Assembly: GCA_964016885.1 (NCBI GenBank)
Contig: OZ024741.1
Span: 263,128,001 to 263,192,000, forward strand
Direction: 5' to 3'
Length of the DNA stretch: 64,000 nucleotides
DNA from: Eledone cirrhosa
Lineage: Eukaryota
Translations under genes and position numbers: made by a program
Notes under the pieces: model-generated
Databases searched by the model: none
What the model was told of the DNA's origin: nothing
What the model saw: only the letters and a program-made list of their open reading frames with translations
Part shown: positions 24,647 through 37,182 of the stretch, piece after piece
How positions within the stretch are numbered: the stretch's first letter is position 1
How the letters are laid out: the number at the start of each line of letters is the position of its first letter

Positions 24647-25995
24647 CATCATCATCATCATCGTTTAACGTCCATCTTCAACGCTAGCATGGGTTTGGAC
24701 GGGAATTTTCCCACTTGAGGCAAGATTGGTTGTCTTGCTCATATAGGACTGTCTGGCGGGTTTTCTACGGCTGGATGCCCTTCCTAACACCAACCACGTT
24801 TACAGTGTGGACTGGGAGGTTTTTACCGTGTTACCTACACGGCCACATTACAACGTGGACTGTGTGTTTTTTTGTCGTGACACCTACACGACCTCATTTG
24901 TTTCGGACTGGATGTTGTGGTACCAACATAACTTTACATTGAAAGGGGTGGTGTGGATGGGGTGGGGGTAGTGGGATGGGGGTGTATTTTGTTAGAGGGA
25001 CCTACTGACTGTAGTAGGTTTCACTTTGTACTTAGGTAAGGCGGATCTTCTGTATTACTGTGTAGCGCCAAAGATCTCGGTCCAGTGACATTGTCTTGGA
25101 GAGGTGTAAGTGTGTGAGGTCGGAATTTATCAAGTCGTCCCAGGTTTTTCTGGGTCTGCCTACTCCGTGGCTACCGTCTATTTTTATTGCCCTGCACTTT
25201 TTTATACAGCTGTCGTCTTTCATGCGCATCACGTGACCGTACCAACGTAGTCTTCTCTCGAGTAAACAACATCTGATCCCTCTTATTCCTAATTTTTCCC
25301 TTAGTTCGTTTATGCTTTGCCGTTCACGTATATTACTATTACACATCCAGCGGTGCATGCAAGCTTCGTTCCTCTCCAGTCTGCATATATCCTCTGCGCA
25401 CAATGCCCAGGTCTCACTGCCATGTAACATTGCTGTTCGTATGTAGGCATCATACAGCCTGCCTTTCATTTTTAGAGAGAACCCTTTAGCGGCTAATAGT
25501 GGAATAAGCTCTCTGAACTTTTTCCATCCAGTTCTGACTCTAGCTACTGTAATTTCAGAGCACCCTCCACCACTGCTGATTTTGTCACCCAAGTAACGGA
25601 AGGTGTCCACTATTTCTATAGAACCATCTGTGCAATGGAATGAGCTAGTATTCTGTGGGCATTTGCTGCTACTTATTGTACCAGCGCACCGGCCACATAT
25701 AAAATCTATATTCTTAGTTAGCTTACCTGTAATCCCACTACATCTTTTATGCACCCATACTTTGCATTTGGGACATAAAATGGAGTTTCTGCCTACTCCT
25801 TTCCTACACACTGAGCATGGCCATTTCCCGGATGGGACCGGTGCCCTATTTTCCTTCCTACAAACTAGAACTTTAGTCTTAGACAGGTTAATTTTAAGGC
25901 CTTTTGATTCTAGGCCATGCTTCCATGTTTGGAATTTCTTCTCTAGTTCAGCCATTGATTCAGCTATGAGCGTTAGATCATCTGCGTATAGGAGT
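24647..25995 (-). mobile_element. 5'-truncated RTE LINE
   Basis: Open ORF 25032-25955 running from just after YADD, through the PHD-like finger, to GRPRKTW; 3' UTR and (GAT)n tail. Confidence 0.95.
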
Positions 25996-26009
25996 TATGT
26001 GTGTATTAA

Positions 26010-26590
26010 ATTGTTAAACAATATTCAATGATTATGTCAAAGAATGATTTTTACAGTAGATTGGAAGCACTCAACGGAAAATAATTCTCAGGAGTTATTA
26101 ATATAAGTATTAATAAAATAGATGTTCTTTTGATCAATTACATTTTATTATACATATTTCGGATGTACAACAGTACGTCCTCATCAGACAAAATATAATG
26201 ATACATGACATACCCTGAGATGTTAAATGGTTAAGATCTAATCAAGGTTGTGATTACCCGATAGAAAATTTTGCTTCTATATTTGTGTGAGAGTGCGAAA
26301 ACGTAATGAATTCATTCGAGAATGTGTGAGTAAGAAAAAACGGTGCATACCTAAAGTGTTATAAAATTTTAAATTGTATGATACTATATCTAGGGAAACG
26401 TCTCATGAATCATAACAGCCAGTGATAGCCACTGGAAAAAGATTTATAAGGAAGGAAAGATAAAGTGTAGGGGTTTTTTTCAAAAGTTAAACGGTTAGAA
26501 TTTGGAAATATTTAATTTATAATATTAATGTGAAGACTCCAGATTTCAGGATTATTTGCTATTTATTTATATTATTTATATAAATTCTTT
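26010..26590 (-). mobile_element. Penelope-like pseudo-LTR arm with tail
   Basis: Reverse complement of ~29368-29845; contains an intact hammerhead; related to 5183-6745. Confidence 0.7.
26142..26194 (-). ncRNA. Minimal hammerhead ribozyme (family A)
   Basis: Reverse strand reads attttgt-CTGATGA-ggacgtac tgtt gtacatcc-GAAA-tatgta-TA-ataaaat. Confidence 0.85.
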
Positions 26591-26730
26591 TCTAATATGT
26601 ATGTATATATGTATGTATATATATATTTAAATGTAACATGTTGTTAAGAGTATAACTGTTATCATTTACCTAAAGTATACTACATTAATTTTACCTAAAG
26701 TATATCTATATATATACATCCCTATATGTA

Positions 26731-26920
26731 ATAATTGTTTCTACTTTAGGCACAAGGCCAGCAATTACCCAGTGCATCACTGGTACTTTATTTTATCGAC
26801 CCCATAAGGATGAAAGGCAAGGTCAACCTTGGCGGGATTTGAACTCAGATCGTAAAGGGACGTAACTATGCTGGAAAGCATGGCGTCCGACCCTCTACCG
26901 ATACTGCCAATCCACCGCCT
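26731..26920 (-). mobile_element. tRNA-derived SINE (Meta-domain-like)
   Basis: Minus strand has a B-box-like gagttcaaatccc, then gcctttcatccttatggggtcgataaaataaagtaccag. Further copies at ~31824-32362, 33780-33895, 34233-34355, 43354-43805, 44028-44135, 57875-57990 and 62240-62310. Confidence 0.75.
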
Positions 26921-27161
26921 ATATGTAATAATACGTTGATATCTTGGTTGAAGAATAATTATACATATCTATAAATCTTATCTGTAACATATTATTTTAT
27001 TTTATTTTATTTTTACCTTATACATACTGACTCACTAATATATACCTATAGACATAATAGTTATATAAATATTTATAACAATAGGTACTATAAAAGCTTT
27101 ACATACCTAATATGTCGAGATATTTGTTAAAGTTTAGATTTAGGTAATTAATCAACAGTAT

Positions 27162-27530
27162 TGTAGCGGTTGTCTCCCTTGTTTTGATTGGGATCTAGAC
27201 GGGAAGTGGAACCCTTTCTGCAACTTCCGGTCAGAGCCCTATAAAACTAACAACGTTAAGCTTCCTTCCTCTCTCTTTGCCTTTTCGGCACCAGGTCAAG
27301 AGTCTTCTCATTTGGCTCTGCCATTAATCTGGCCAACCGGCGCCTGGCCTTGGCCAGGCGCCCTCTGCCAGCCGCGTTTGCCTGGCAATCAAAACGGTAA
27401 CTACTAACTTTGTTTCATTCTAACATCTATCTTTGACATGTCAAGTATTCTATCTACCGTTAATTAAATATTATATACACAAACATTGTCTCGTTTTGTT
27501 ACATTCATACAAACCAGTAATCCCGCTATA
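27162..27530 (+). repeat. 5' LTR
   Basis: tgtagcgg...ccgctata; TATA-like ctataaaa at ~27239; identical by eye to the 3' LTR. Confidence 0.93.
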
Positions 27531-27531
27531 T

Positions 27532-27549
27532 TGGTGACCCCGACGTGAT
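27532..27549 (+). promoter_or_regulatory. Primer binding site complementary to the tRNA-Trp 3' end
   Basis: TGGTGACCCCGACGTGAT is the reverse complement of ATCACGTCGGGGTCACCA. Confidence 0.85.
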
Positions 27550-28905
27550 ACGAACACGCAGCCGTTCATCGCTATAAGTGGTCACCCCCAAAAAAAGAAA
27601 AAAATAGCACATCTGGTTTTGTGAGTAACATTACGAATACACAGCAAATTTAGCGACAAACTATGAAAATACTCAAGGACACGCACACACGCACATGTGG
27701 AATTCGCACAGACATACTTTTTCTCTCACGCATCAATTAACTGTCGCATTTCACCAATATATATATATATGTTTCTCGTTTCTTACAACGAACACTTTCA
27801 AAACAAAAAAAACATTTCACGATATATATATATGTTTCTCGTTTCTTACAACGAACTCTTTCAAAACACAAAAAAAAAAAAAGAAATTTGATATTCTTTA
27901 AAAAACATTTCAACAGGAACATTTATTTTCGATGAACCATTGCCTTTTGTTCTTCGTTTTCTTCATCGTTCAAGTTTTTTTTTTTTTTCAAAAAGTTCAC
28001 ACCTATAATTATGCTGATTGAAGCCTTTCTTTTTCATCATTGTCACTTTCAAAATTGCACTATCATTTTCTCGCGCGTTAGAAATATTTTTTTTCAACCT
28101 TGTATTGGCACGTGTAGGCAGCATAAATTCTCGATTCACTGAGATGTCTCTTACTCACAGACAGCCGCACGCCAGAGATAGCATTTCTCCCCCAAGGATT
28201 CTTCAGCCTTAAGCTATATTCTTCTATTTGCCGGTTTATAAATTTACAATGTAAATTTACCGTTGATAACCGCGCATTTATTAAGAATGCTTATTTCTCT
28301 GGTCGCTGGCCTCTTGACCCTTCCAGGTCAACGCATTCTCAACATCGACCATCAACTTCGGCTGCTATTTCTAGCACTTTGCGCAACTCATTTTTTTTTC
28401 TAAAAAAAAAATTTTTTTACTGTGAATTTAAACACCGAATACGCTCACTCAGCGAGACAACAGCAGCAGCAACAGCAATATAACAGCAACAGCAATACAT
28501 CAATACAGCTTCACCAAAGCCAGAGAATTCATTTTTGCAGCACTCTTCCTGTGAGAAAATCCATTCGGAGGTTGGAAATTTCACGATATACCACAGAACA
28601 GAAACCACCTGCATTCATTCTCTGGAACACACTTTCTTTCCTGCTGTCATGTGATTGCACACCTGTGAACTATATTTTGAGCTTTGAGCTCTTCTATTAC
28701 TTTTACTTTATTACATTGTGTCTTTGGGTGATGGATAGATGGATGTCCAGTCGTTCTCTGGCCAAGAGCGGTTGGCTACCTTGATATCTATCATTGATTT
28801 TTCCAAACATTCTTTCGTAATTTTCATGCCTGTTACAACATTCTCGCCAACTTGCTACATATTTTCATTTCGATTTTTATACACTAAAATTCTGGCGGGA
28901 GGTTA

Positions 28906-29274
28906 TGTAGCGGTTGTCTCCCTTGTTTTGATTGGGATCTAGACGGGAAGTGGAACCCTTTCTGCAACTTCCGGTCAGAGCCCTATAAAACTAACAACGT
29001 TAAGCTTCCTTCCTCTCTCTTTGCCTTTTCGGCACCAGGTCAAGAGTCTTCTCATTTGGCTCTGCCATTAATCTGGCCAACCGGCGCCTGGCCTTGGCCA
29101 GGCGCCCTCTGCCAGCCGCGTTTGCCTGGCAATCAAAACGGTAACTACTAACTTTGTTTCATTCTAACATCTATCTTTGACATGTCAAGTATTCTATCTA
29201 CCGTTAATTAAATATTATATACACAAACATTGTCTCGTTTTGTTACATTCATACAAACCAGTAATCCCGCTATA
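28906..29274 (+). repeat. 3' LTR
   Basis: Same 369-bp sequence as 27162-27530. Confidence 0.93.
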
Positions 29275-29367
29275 GTATAATATTTCATTCTTTACGTGCC
29301 AGCTAAATCCCTTATAATGTTATTCTCACAATTCAGAAGTTTAGAAATGATAACACACTTATCGAAT

Positions 29368-29844
29368 TTATATAAATAATATAAATAAATAGCAAATAAT
29401 CCTGAAATCTGGAGTCTTCACATTAATATTATAAATTAAATATTTCCAAATTCTAACCGTTTAACTTTTGAAAAAAAACCCCTACACTTTATTTTTCCTT
29501 CCTTATAAATCTTTTTCCAGTGGCTATCACTGGCTGTTATGAATCATGAGATGTTTCCCTAGATATAGTATCATACAATTTAAAATTTTAGAACACTTTA
29601 GGTATGCAACGTTTTTTCTTACTCACACATTCTCTAATGAATTCATTACGTTTTCGCACTCTCACACAAATATTATATAAATAAAATTTTCTATCGGCTA
29701 ATCACTACCTTGATTAAATCTTAACCATTTAACATCTCAAGGTATGTCATGTATCATTGTATTTTGTCTGATGAGGACGTACTGTTGTACATCTGAAATA
29801 AAATGTAATTGATCAAAAGAACATCTATTTTATTAATACTTATA

Positions 29845-29845
<1 letters not shown>
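29368..29845 (+). mobile_element. Inverted pseudo-LTR arm; hammerhead with stem III deleted
   Basis: attttgt-CTGATGA-ggacgtactgttgtacatct-GAAA-taaaat at 29761-29805. Confidence 0.7.
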
Positions 29846-29884
<39 letters not shown>

Positions 29885-29971
29885 TACATACACACACATA
29901 TATACATACACGCATTTATACATACACACACATATATATACATACTCACATACATATATACATACACACAT

Positions 29972-30025
<54 letters not shown>

Positions 30026-30477
30026 GTATATATCAAAAAATTCCCAAACTAAGCTGTTGTCTTCATAAAACAGGTTGTGAGAATTGGGTAAAGATTGGAA
30101 GTACAATGAGATAGTGAGGTGAGAAGGTGAGAAGTTTACACACTACCTCCTCCTTATCATCATCACCTTTCTCTCTAATACCATCTCTCTCTCACATACA
30201 CCTTCTCTGCATATATATAAGTCTCACCCTCTCTGCATCTCTTTCCTCCTTCCTTCTCAATCCCTCCATCTCTCTCTCTCTCTCTCTCATACGATCTCTC
30301 TCTCTCTCACACACATGCCATCTCTGCATCTTTCCCCTCCCTCTTTCTCCATCCTCCTATATATTACACTACATCTATTTTTGATATAGTCAACACAAGA
30401 CCCAGGAAAGGAATAAGTTATTAATATAATGTATATATATATATATATATACACACATACACACTGTATTACTGCAT

Positions 30478-31808
30478 AGCACCAAAGATCGCGATTAGAG
30501 AGAAGTGTAAGTGAGCAAGGTCAGTTTTTATCACCTCATCCCAGGTTTTTCTGGGTCTACCCACTCCGTAGCTTTCATCAATTTTGATCGCCCATCACTC
30601 TTTAATACAGCTGTTGTCCTTCATACGCCTCACATGTCTATACCAATGCAGTCTCCTTTCCTGCACATAACATTTGATACCTCTTGTGCTTAGTCTCTCT
30701 CTCTCTCAATTCGTTTATGCTTTGCCATTCACGTACATTACTATGACACATCCATCAGAGCATGCAAGCTTCATTTCTTTCTAATTTACACAGGTTTTCT
30801 GCACACAATGCCCCGGTCTCAGCGCCATGGAACATTTCTGTTTGTATACAAGCATCATAGAATCTGCCTTTCATTTTTAGAGAGAAACTCTTTTTGGCCA
30901 ACAGCGGTATTAGCTCTCTGAACTTTTTTCATCCCGTTCTAACTGTGGCTACTGAACTTTCAGAACACCCTCCTCCACTACTGATTTTGTCACGCAGGTA
31001 ACAGAAAGTATCCACTATTTCTATAGAACTATCTGGGCAGTTGAAGTAGTTAGTATCCAGTGGGCCCTTGCTACTTACTGCACCTGAGCATCGGTCACAT
31101 TTAAAATCTACATTCTTAGAGAGCTTGCCTGTGATCCCACTACATCTTTTATGTACCCATAGTTTGCATTTAGGGCATAGAATGGAATTTCTACCTACTC
31201 CTTTCTTACACACTGAGCATGGCCATTTCCCAGAGGGCACCTGTGCCTTATTTTCCTTTTTACATACTAGAACTTTAGTCTTAGACAAGTTAACTTTAAG
31301 GCCTTTTGATTCTAGGCTATACTTCCGTGTTTGGAATTTCTTCTTTAGTTCAGCCATAGATTCAGCTATGAGAGTTAGATCATCTGCAGATAGAAGTTCC
31401 CATGGGGAGCCAGTCTTAAACTCTTCTGTTATAGCCTGTAGGACAATAATAAACAGGAGGGGGCTAAGGACGGAGCCTTGGTGAACACCTACTTTTATGC
31501 TAAATTCTTCACAATATTCATTGTTAATAACCTTGCTGACTGTTCCTTTATACATGGCGTGTATAGCTCTCACAAGCCACTCATCTACTCCTAGTTTTCT
31601 AAGAGCCCACCAGATAATGGTGCAGGGGACTCTGTCAAAAGCTTTTTCCAAGTCAACAAAAGCTAGGTAGAGGGGTTTACTTTTAACTAGGTACTTCTCC
31701 TGTATTTGCCGTATAAGGAAGAGAGTATCCGTGGTACTTTTACCTGACACAAACCCAAACTGCATTTCATCTGGATCAATTCGGTCTCTAATCAGTTGTG
31801 CAATAACT
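30478..31808 (-). mobile_element. Older RTE LINE fragment
   Basis: ORF 30929-31864 has RT motifs (SADD variant) and the PHD-like finger; degraded continuation to ~30480. Confidence 0.92.
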
Positions 31809-32709
31809 TTATATATGTATATATAATTGTTTCTACTTTTGCCACAAGGCCAGCAATTACCCAATACATTACTGGTACTTTATTTTATCGACCCCATAAG
31901 GATGAAAGGCAAAGTTGACCTTGGCGGGATTTGAACTCAGAATGGAAAGGGCCGTAACTCTATGCGTCAAAGCATGACGTCCGACCCTCTACCAATACTG
32001 CCAATCCACCGCCCTTATATATATATATAATTGTTTCTACTTTAGGCACAAGGCCAGCAATTACCCAGTGCATTACTGGTACTTTATTTTATCGACCCCG
32101 TAAGGATGAAAGGCAAAGTCAACCTCGGCGGGATATAATGTTTGTGAGTGTGTGTACCTATGTATACATATATAGGTACATACTGTAAAATATATATAAT
32201 GTATGTAATATGTAATATTATAGATTATGTATATAATATAACATATAATTGTTTCTAATTTTGGCAAAAGGCCAGCAATTACCCAGTGCATTACTGGTGC
32301 TTTATTTTATTGACCCCGTAAGGATGAAATGCAAAGCTAACCTCGGCAGAATTTGAACTCAGAGTTCTGATGCTCTAGATCAGGTAAAATACCCATTAAA
32401 GACGGGAAAAAGTGCTCAGCAGCTGCTACAGGGAATCAAACTCTGTATCTCTCAAATTCCGGTGAAGTGCTCTAACCATTGAGTAAAGGGGCTACAAATT
32501 TAGGGAGCTGTACTAAACAGCTTTTGATGTAAACAAGCTTTTTATAAATTTTCAAGGCACTGAGCGATTTGAAATTTGTGCATCCTACATGTGAGAATCC
32601 CAAATGCAGAAAATAACTGTAACAATAGTCAATCACTATAAATAATAGCTTAGATTGGATAAAATACTCCTAGAAACAGGGATATTTTACCTGATTTTCT
32701 AAGCTATTA

Positions 32710-33049
32710 CAAGGGTGGGCTGAAAAGTTCATAGACTGACTATGAAGGAGTGATGCTAGTGCTGTGAAATCTTGCATGTATTAATTTCAACTCTTTTTAT
32801 TAATAGCTCATTGTTTCTTTCCAGTGACTATATTGAAAGATAAACCTCATTTTGTCATTCCATGAGAGTATCTTCGTCAACCTATGAAGGAGTGATGGTA
32901 GGGCTGTGAAATCTTGCATGCATTAATGTCAACTCTTTTTATTAATAACTGCATTGTTTCTTTCCAAGAACTATGTTGAAAGATAAACCTTATTTGGCCA
33001 TTACATAAGAGTATATTGGTCAGCCTATGAATTTTTCAGCCAACCCTCA
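32710..33049. mobile_element. Mariner-like MITE with internal duplication
   Basis: ta|caagggtgggctgaaaagttcatag...cctatgaatttttcagccaaccctca|ta. Confidence 0.75.
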
Positions 33050-33399
33050 TATTTATAGCAATCCTCTCAGATGTTATTGAAATGAAGCCATAATTATACA
33101 AAGCCAGAGACATAACTTGTTTTTTATACAGAGAAAAAAATAAATGTTTTTTTTTATGAGGTGCACTCAATAGAATAAACAGATTGTATGTAAATGAAAT
33201 GCAGGCCTCCTGTGACCTCTCTGGGAGGTCAATAACCTTGCTTCAGTACTGAATTTGTCTATGTAGACCTGTCTAACCTTTGCTAGCAGGGAAAACAGAC
33301 ATTAAATGATAGTGATGATGATGATAATGATGATGATGCTGATAATGATGATGATGATGCTGATAATGATGATGATGATGATAATGATGATGATGCTGA

Positions 33400-33775
33400 A
33401 ACTCCTGACGGAGTCGTAGAGGTGCTGTATTAACATACAGCATTTCTGGGGCATTTTAAAACCTGGGGCAGCGGATCTCCTCTCCAGCTTTAAATACTGC
33501 AGATTTCTCCCAGAGAGGAATAGAAAGTGAGAGAATGGAAGTGAGAAGGTGATATAGAGGGAGAATCGACACCAGAAATAAATAGACTGGTACTTTTTCA
33601 TTGAATGCAGGCAAAACCAACTGGCAGGAGACCCAGAGGTAGACCCTGAGCAAGATGGTTGGATAACAGCCATGAGCTTGGCTGGGATTGCTTGGGGATC
33701 CAGCTGGCAGGACCTACTGGTAGGAATGTTTGAGGACTCTGCTCCCACAACCCTCCCAGGAATAAGTGGGTGAAG
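33400..33775 (+). mobile_element. Degraded RTE-type LINE 3' fragment
   Basis: Near 33612-33700 reads KPTGRRPRGRP*ARWLDNSHELGWDCLGI. Confidence 0.55.
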
Positions 33776-34484
33776 CGGAAGAGGATGAAAGGCAAAGTTG
33801 ATCTCGGTAGGATTTGAACTCAGACAACAGAGAGCTGAAACAAATGCTGCAAAGCATTCTATCTGCCATTCTAATGACTCTGACAATTCACCACCTCGAT
33901 GATGGTAGTGATGGTGATGATGATACAAAGATAAAACAAATAAGCAGGTGTTTCTTAACATTATAACATTGTTTGATTACATTTATACAAATATTTCTTT
34001 GCTAAGTCACAGCAGGTTCAGAAATCTAACACAGAATAATACATATGAACTTTGTAAGTAAACAAAGGCTGATCTGGAAAATAAAGACATTTTATATTGT
34101 AAAGTTATATTTAATAATGTCTGCAGTTAGAACAGTGGAAGTAAATAAATATTGTGGGAACCAAAGGTTGATCTGGAAAATAGAGACATTTTATTAAATA
34201 TGTGACTTAAGAAAAGTCACATATTTAATAATGGTTTCTGATTTAGGCACAAGGCCAGGAAATTTTGGGGAGGGGAAATCGATTAAATCGACCCCAGTGC
34301 GTGACTGGTATTTTATCAACGCCATAAGGATTAAAAGTAAAGCAAACCTCGGCGATATTTAATAATGTCTACAGTTACAACAGTGGAAGTAATATAAAGG
34401 TTGATTATGAAAATAAAGATATTTTATATGTAAAGTCACATATTTAATAATGCCTGCAGTTAGAACAGTAATAGTAGTAGTATA

Positions 34485-35600
34485 AAGATTGTGGTAAGGA
34501 AAGGTTGTGGTGGTGTGTAATTTGTGGTAAGGAAAGGTTGTGGTGGTGTGTAGTTTGTGGTAAGGAAAGGCTGTGGTGGTGTGTAGTTTGTGGTAAGGAA
34601 AGGTTGTGGTGGTGTGTAGTTTGTGGTAAGGAAAGGTTGTGGTGGTGTGTAGTTTGTGGTAAGGAAAGGCTGTGGTGGTGTGTAGTTTGTGGTAAAGAAA
34701 GGCTGTGGTGGTGTGTAGTTTGTGGTAAGTAAAGGTTGTGGTGGTGTATAGTTTGTGGTAAGGAAAGGTTGTGGTGGTGTGTAGTTTGTGGTAAGGAAAG
34801 GTTGTGGTGGTGTGTAGTTTGTAGTAAGGAAAGGTTGTGGTGGTGTGTAGTTTGTGGTAAGGAAAGGTTGTAGTGGTGTGAAGATTGTGGTAAGTAAAGG
34901 TTGTGGTGGTGTGAAGATTGTGGTAACAAAAGGTTGTGGTTGTGTGTAGTTTGTGGTAAGGAAAGGTTGTGGTGGTGTGTAGTTTGTGGTAAAGAAAGGC
35001 TGTGGTGGTGTGTAGTTTGTGGTAAGTAAAGGTTGTGGTGGTGTATAGTTTGTGGTAAGGAAAGGTTGTGGTGGTGTGTAGTTTGTGGTAAGGAAAGGTT
35101 GTGGTTGTGTGTAGTTTGTGGTAAGGAAAGGCTGTGGTGGTGTGTAGTTTGTGGTAAAGAAAGGCTGTGGTGGTGTGTAGTTTGTGGTAAGTAAAGGTTG
35201 TGGTGGTGTATAGTTTGTGGTAAGGAAAGGTTGTGGTGGTGTGTAGTTTGTGGTAAGGAAAGGTTGTGGTGGTGTGTAGTTTGTAGTAAGGAAAGGTTGT
35301 GGTGGTGTGTAGTTTGTGGTAAGGAAAGGTTGTGGTGGTGTGAAGATTGTGGTAGCAAAAGGTTGTGGTTGTGTGTAGTTTGTGGTAAGGAAAGGTTGTG
35401 GTGGTGTCGGGGTTGTGGTAATAAAATGTGGTGGTGTGAAGATTGTGGTAACAAAAGGTTGTGGTGGTGTGTAGTTTGTGGTAAGGAAAGGTTGTGGTGG
35501 TGTTGGGGTTGTGGTAAGGAAAGGTTGTGGTGGTGTCGGGGTTGTGGTAAGGAAAGGTTGTGGTGCTATAAAGAATATGGCAATGAAATGTGGTAACGAG
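34485..35600. repeat. 33-bp minisatellite
   Basis: Unit tgtggtaaggaaaggttgtggtggtgtgtagtt. Confidence 0.95.
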
Positions 35601-36164
35601 AGGTTTTGTTACGTCAGATTGTGGTAATATAAAGATTTTGGTAACGAAAGGTTAATTATGAAAATAGAGATATCTTATATGTAAAGTCACATCTTTAATA
35701 ATGTTTGCAGGTTGATAATATTAAACTGTAGGCCAGAGTTTAGCAATCTCTGTTATATTGTATAATATACAAGGATTTCTAGTGTGTAATATATATGGTT
35801 GTGGTGTATGTAACATGTAATATATATGGATTTATAATGTATCATCATTCATCATCATCATCGTTTAACGTCTATCTTCCACGCTAGCATGGGTTAGACA
35901 GAGCATGTATCATACACATGATTGTGTACTGTGTAACATACATGATTGTGTACTGTGTAACATAGATGGCTGTGTGCTGTGTAACACCCATAACCTTGTG
36001 GTGTGTAAAACACAGGGAACCTAATAACAGGGTTTCTTAATTCAAATTGAGAGGCCGTTGTGAAAATTTGCAATATTAGAATAAAGAATTTAATATTCAA
36101 CATGATGGAATCAATGATACAAAAAATGATGCTGTATATTCCGGGCTGTTAATTGACTCTTAAC

Positions 36165-37180
36165 CTCCTGTAATGATTTAGCAGAAAATATCTAAAACAG
36201 GTTTGTTCAAATGTTTATAGCATCTTTACTATGGACAGAGTTAATTCTTAATATCCTGTAATAATTAGGGCAGAACATATCTAAAACAGGTTTGTTCAAA
36301 TGTTTATAGTATCTTTACTAATGAACAGAGTTAATTCTTAATATCCTGTAATAATTAGGGCAGGAAATATCTAAAACAGGTTTGTTCAAATGTTTATAGT
36401 ATCTTTACTAATGGACAGAGTTAATTCTTAATATCCTGTAATAATTAGGGCAGAACATATCTAAAACAGGTTTGTTCAAATGTTTATAGTATCTTTACTA
36501 ATGAACAGAGTTAATTCTTAATATCCTGTAATAATTAGGGCAGGAAATATCTAAAACAGGTTTGTTCAAATGTTTATAGTATCTTTACTAATGGACAGAG
36601 TTAATTCTTAATATCCTGTAATAATTAGGGCAGAACATATCTAAAACAGGTTTGTTCAAATGTTTATAGTATCTTTACTAATGAACAGAGTTAATTCTTA
36701 ATATCCTGTAATAATTAGGGCAGGAAATATCTAAAACAGGTTTGTTCAAATGTTTATAGTATCTTTACTAATGGACAGAGTTAATTCTTAATATCCTGTA
36801 ATAATTAGGGCAGAACATATCTAAAACAGGTTTGTTCAAATGTTTATAGTATCTTTACTAATGGACAGGGTTAATTCTTAATATCCTGTAATAATTAGGG
36901 CAGGAAATATCTAAAACAGGTTTGTTCAAATGTTTATAGCATCTTTACTATGGACAGAGTTAATTCTTAATATCCTGTAATAATTAGGGCAGGAAATATC
37001 TAAAACAGGTTTGTTCAAATGTTTATAGTATCTTTACTATGGACAATTTGGTATGAGAAGTTGCAGTATTAACTATTAATGTCCTGTAATAATTTAGCAG
37101 AAAATATCTAAACATGGGTTTCTTAGTTCAGATATTTATAGTGTCTTTACTAGTGGAGAGATTGGTATTAACTATTAATA
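36165..37180. repeat. 90-bp satellite with 180-bp dimer periodicity
   Basis: Sequence lines repeat exactly every 180 bp; monomers alternate cagaacatat/atgaac and caggaaatat/atggac. Confidence 0.95.
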
Positions 37181-37182
37181 TC

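Larger units (their letters stand above)
27162..29274 (+). mobile_element. Non-autonomous Gypsy-type LTR retroelement (TRIM/LARD-like)
   Basis: Two 369-bp LTRs, PBS, PPT-like ggcgggagg before the 3' LTR, 4-bp TSD GTAT (27158-27161 / 29275-29278); 1375-bp interior without gag/pol. Confidence 0.92.

Noticed and set aside
28422-28784. Gag or pol ORF inside the LTR element
   Set aside because: Poly-Q and low-complexity sequence with no CCHC, protease, RT or integrase motifs.
34444-35596. 336-aa His-rich and CxxC-like repeat ORFs
   Set aside because: A 33-bp unit keeps the frame open on both strands; no splice or start context.
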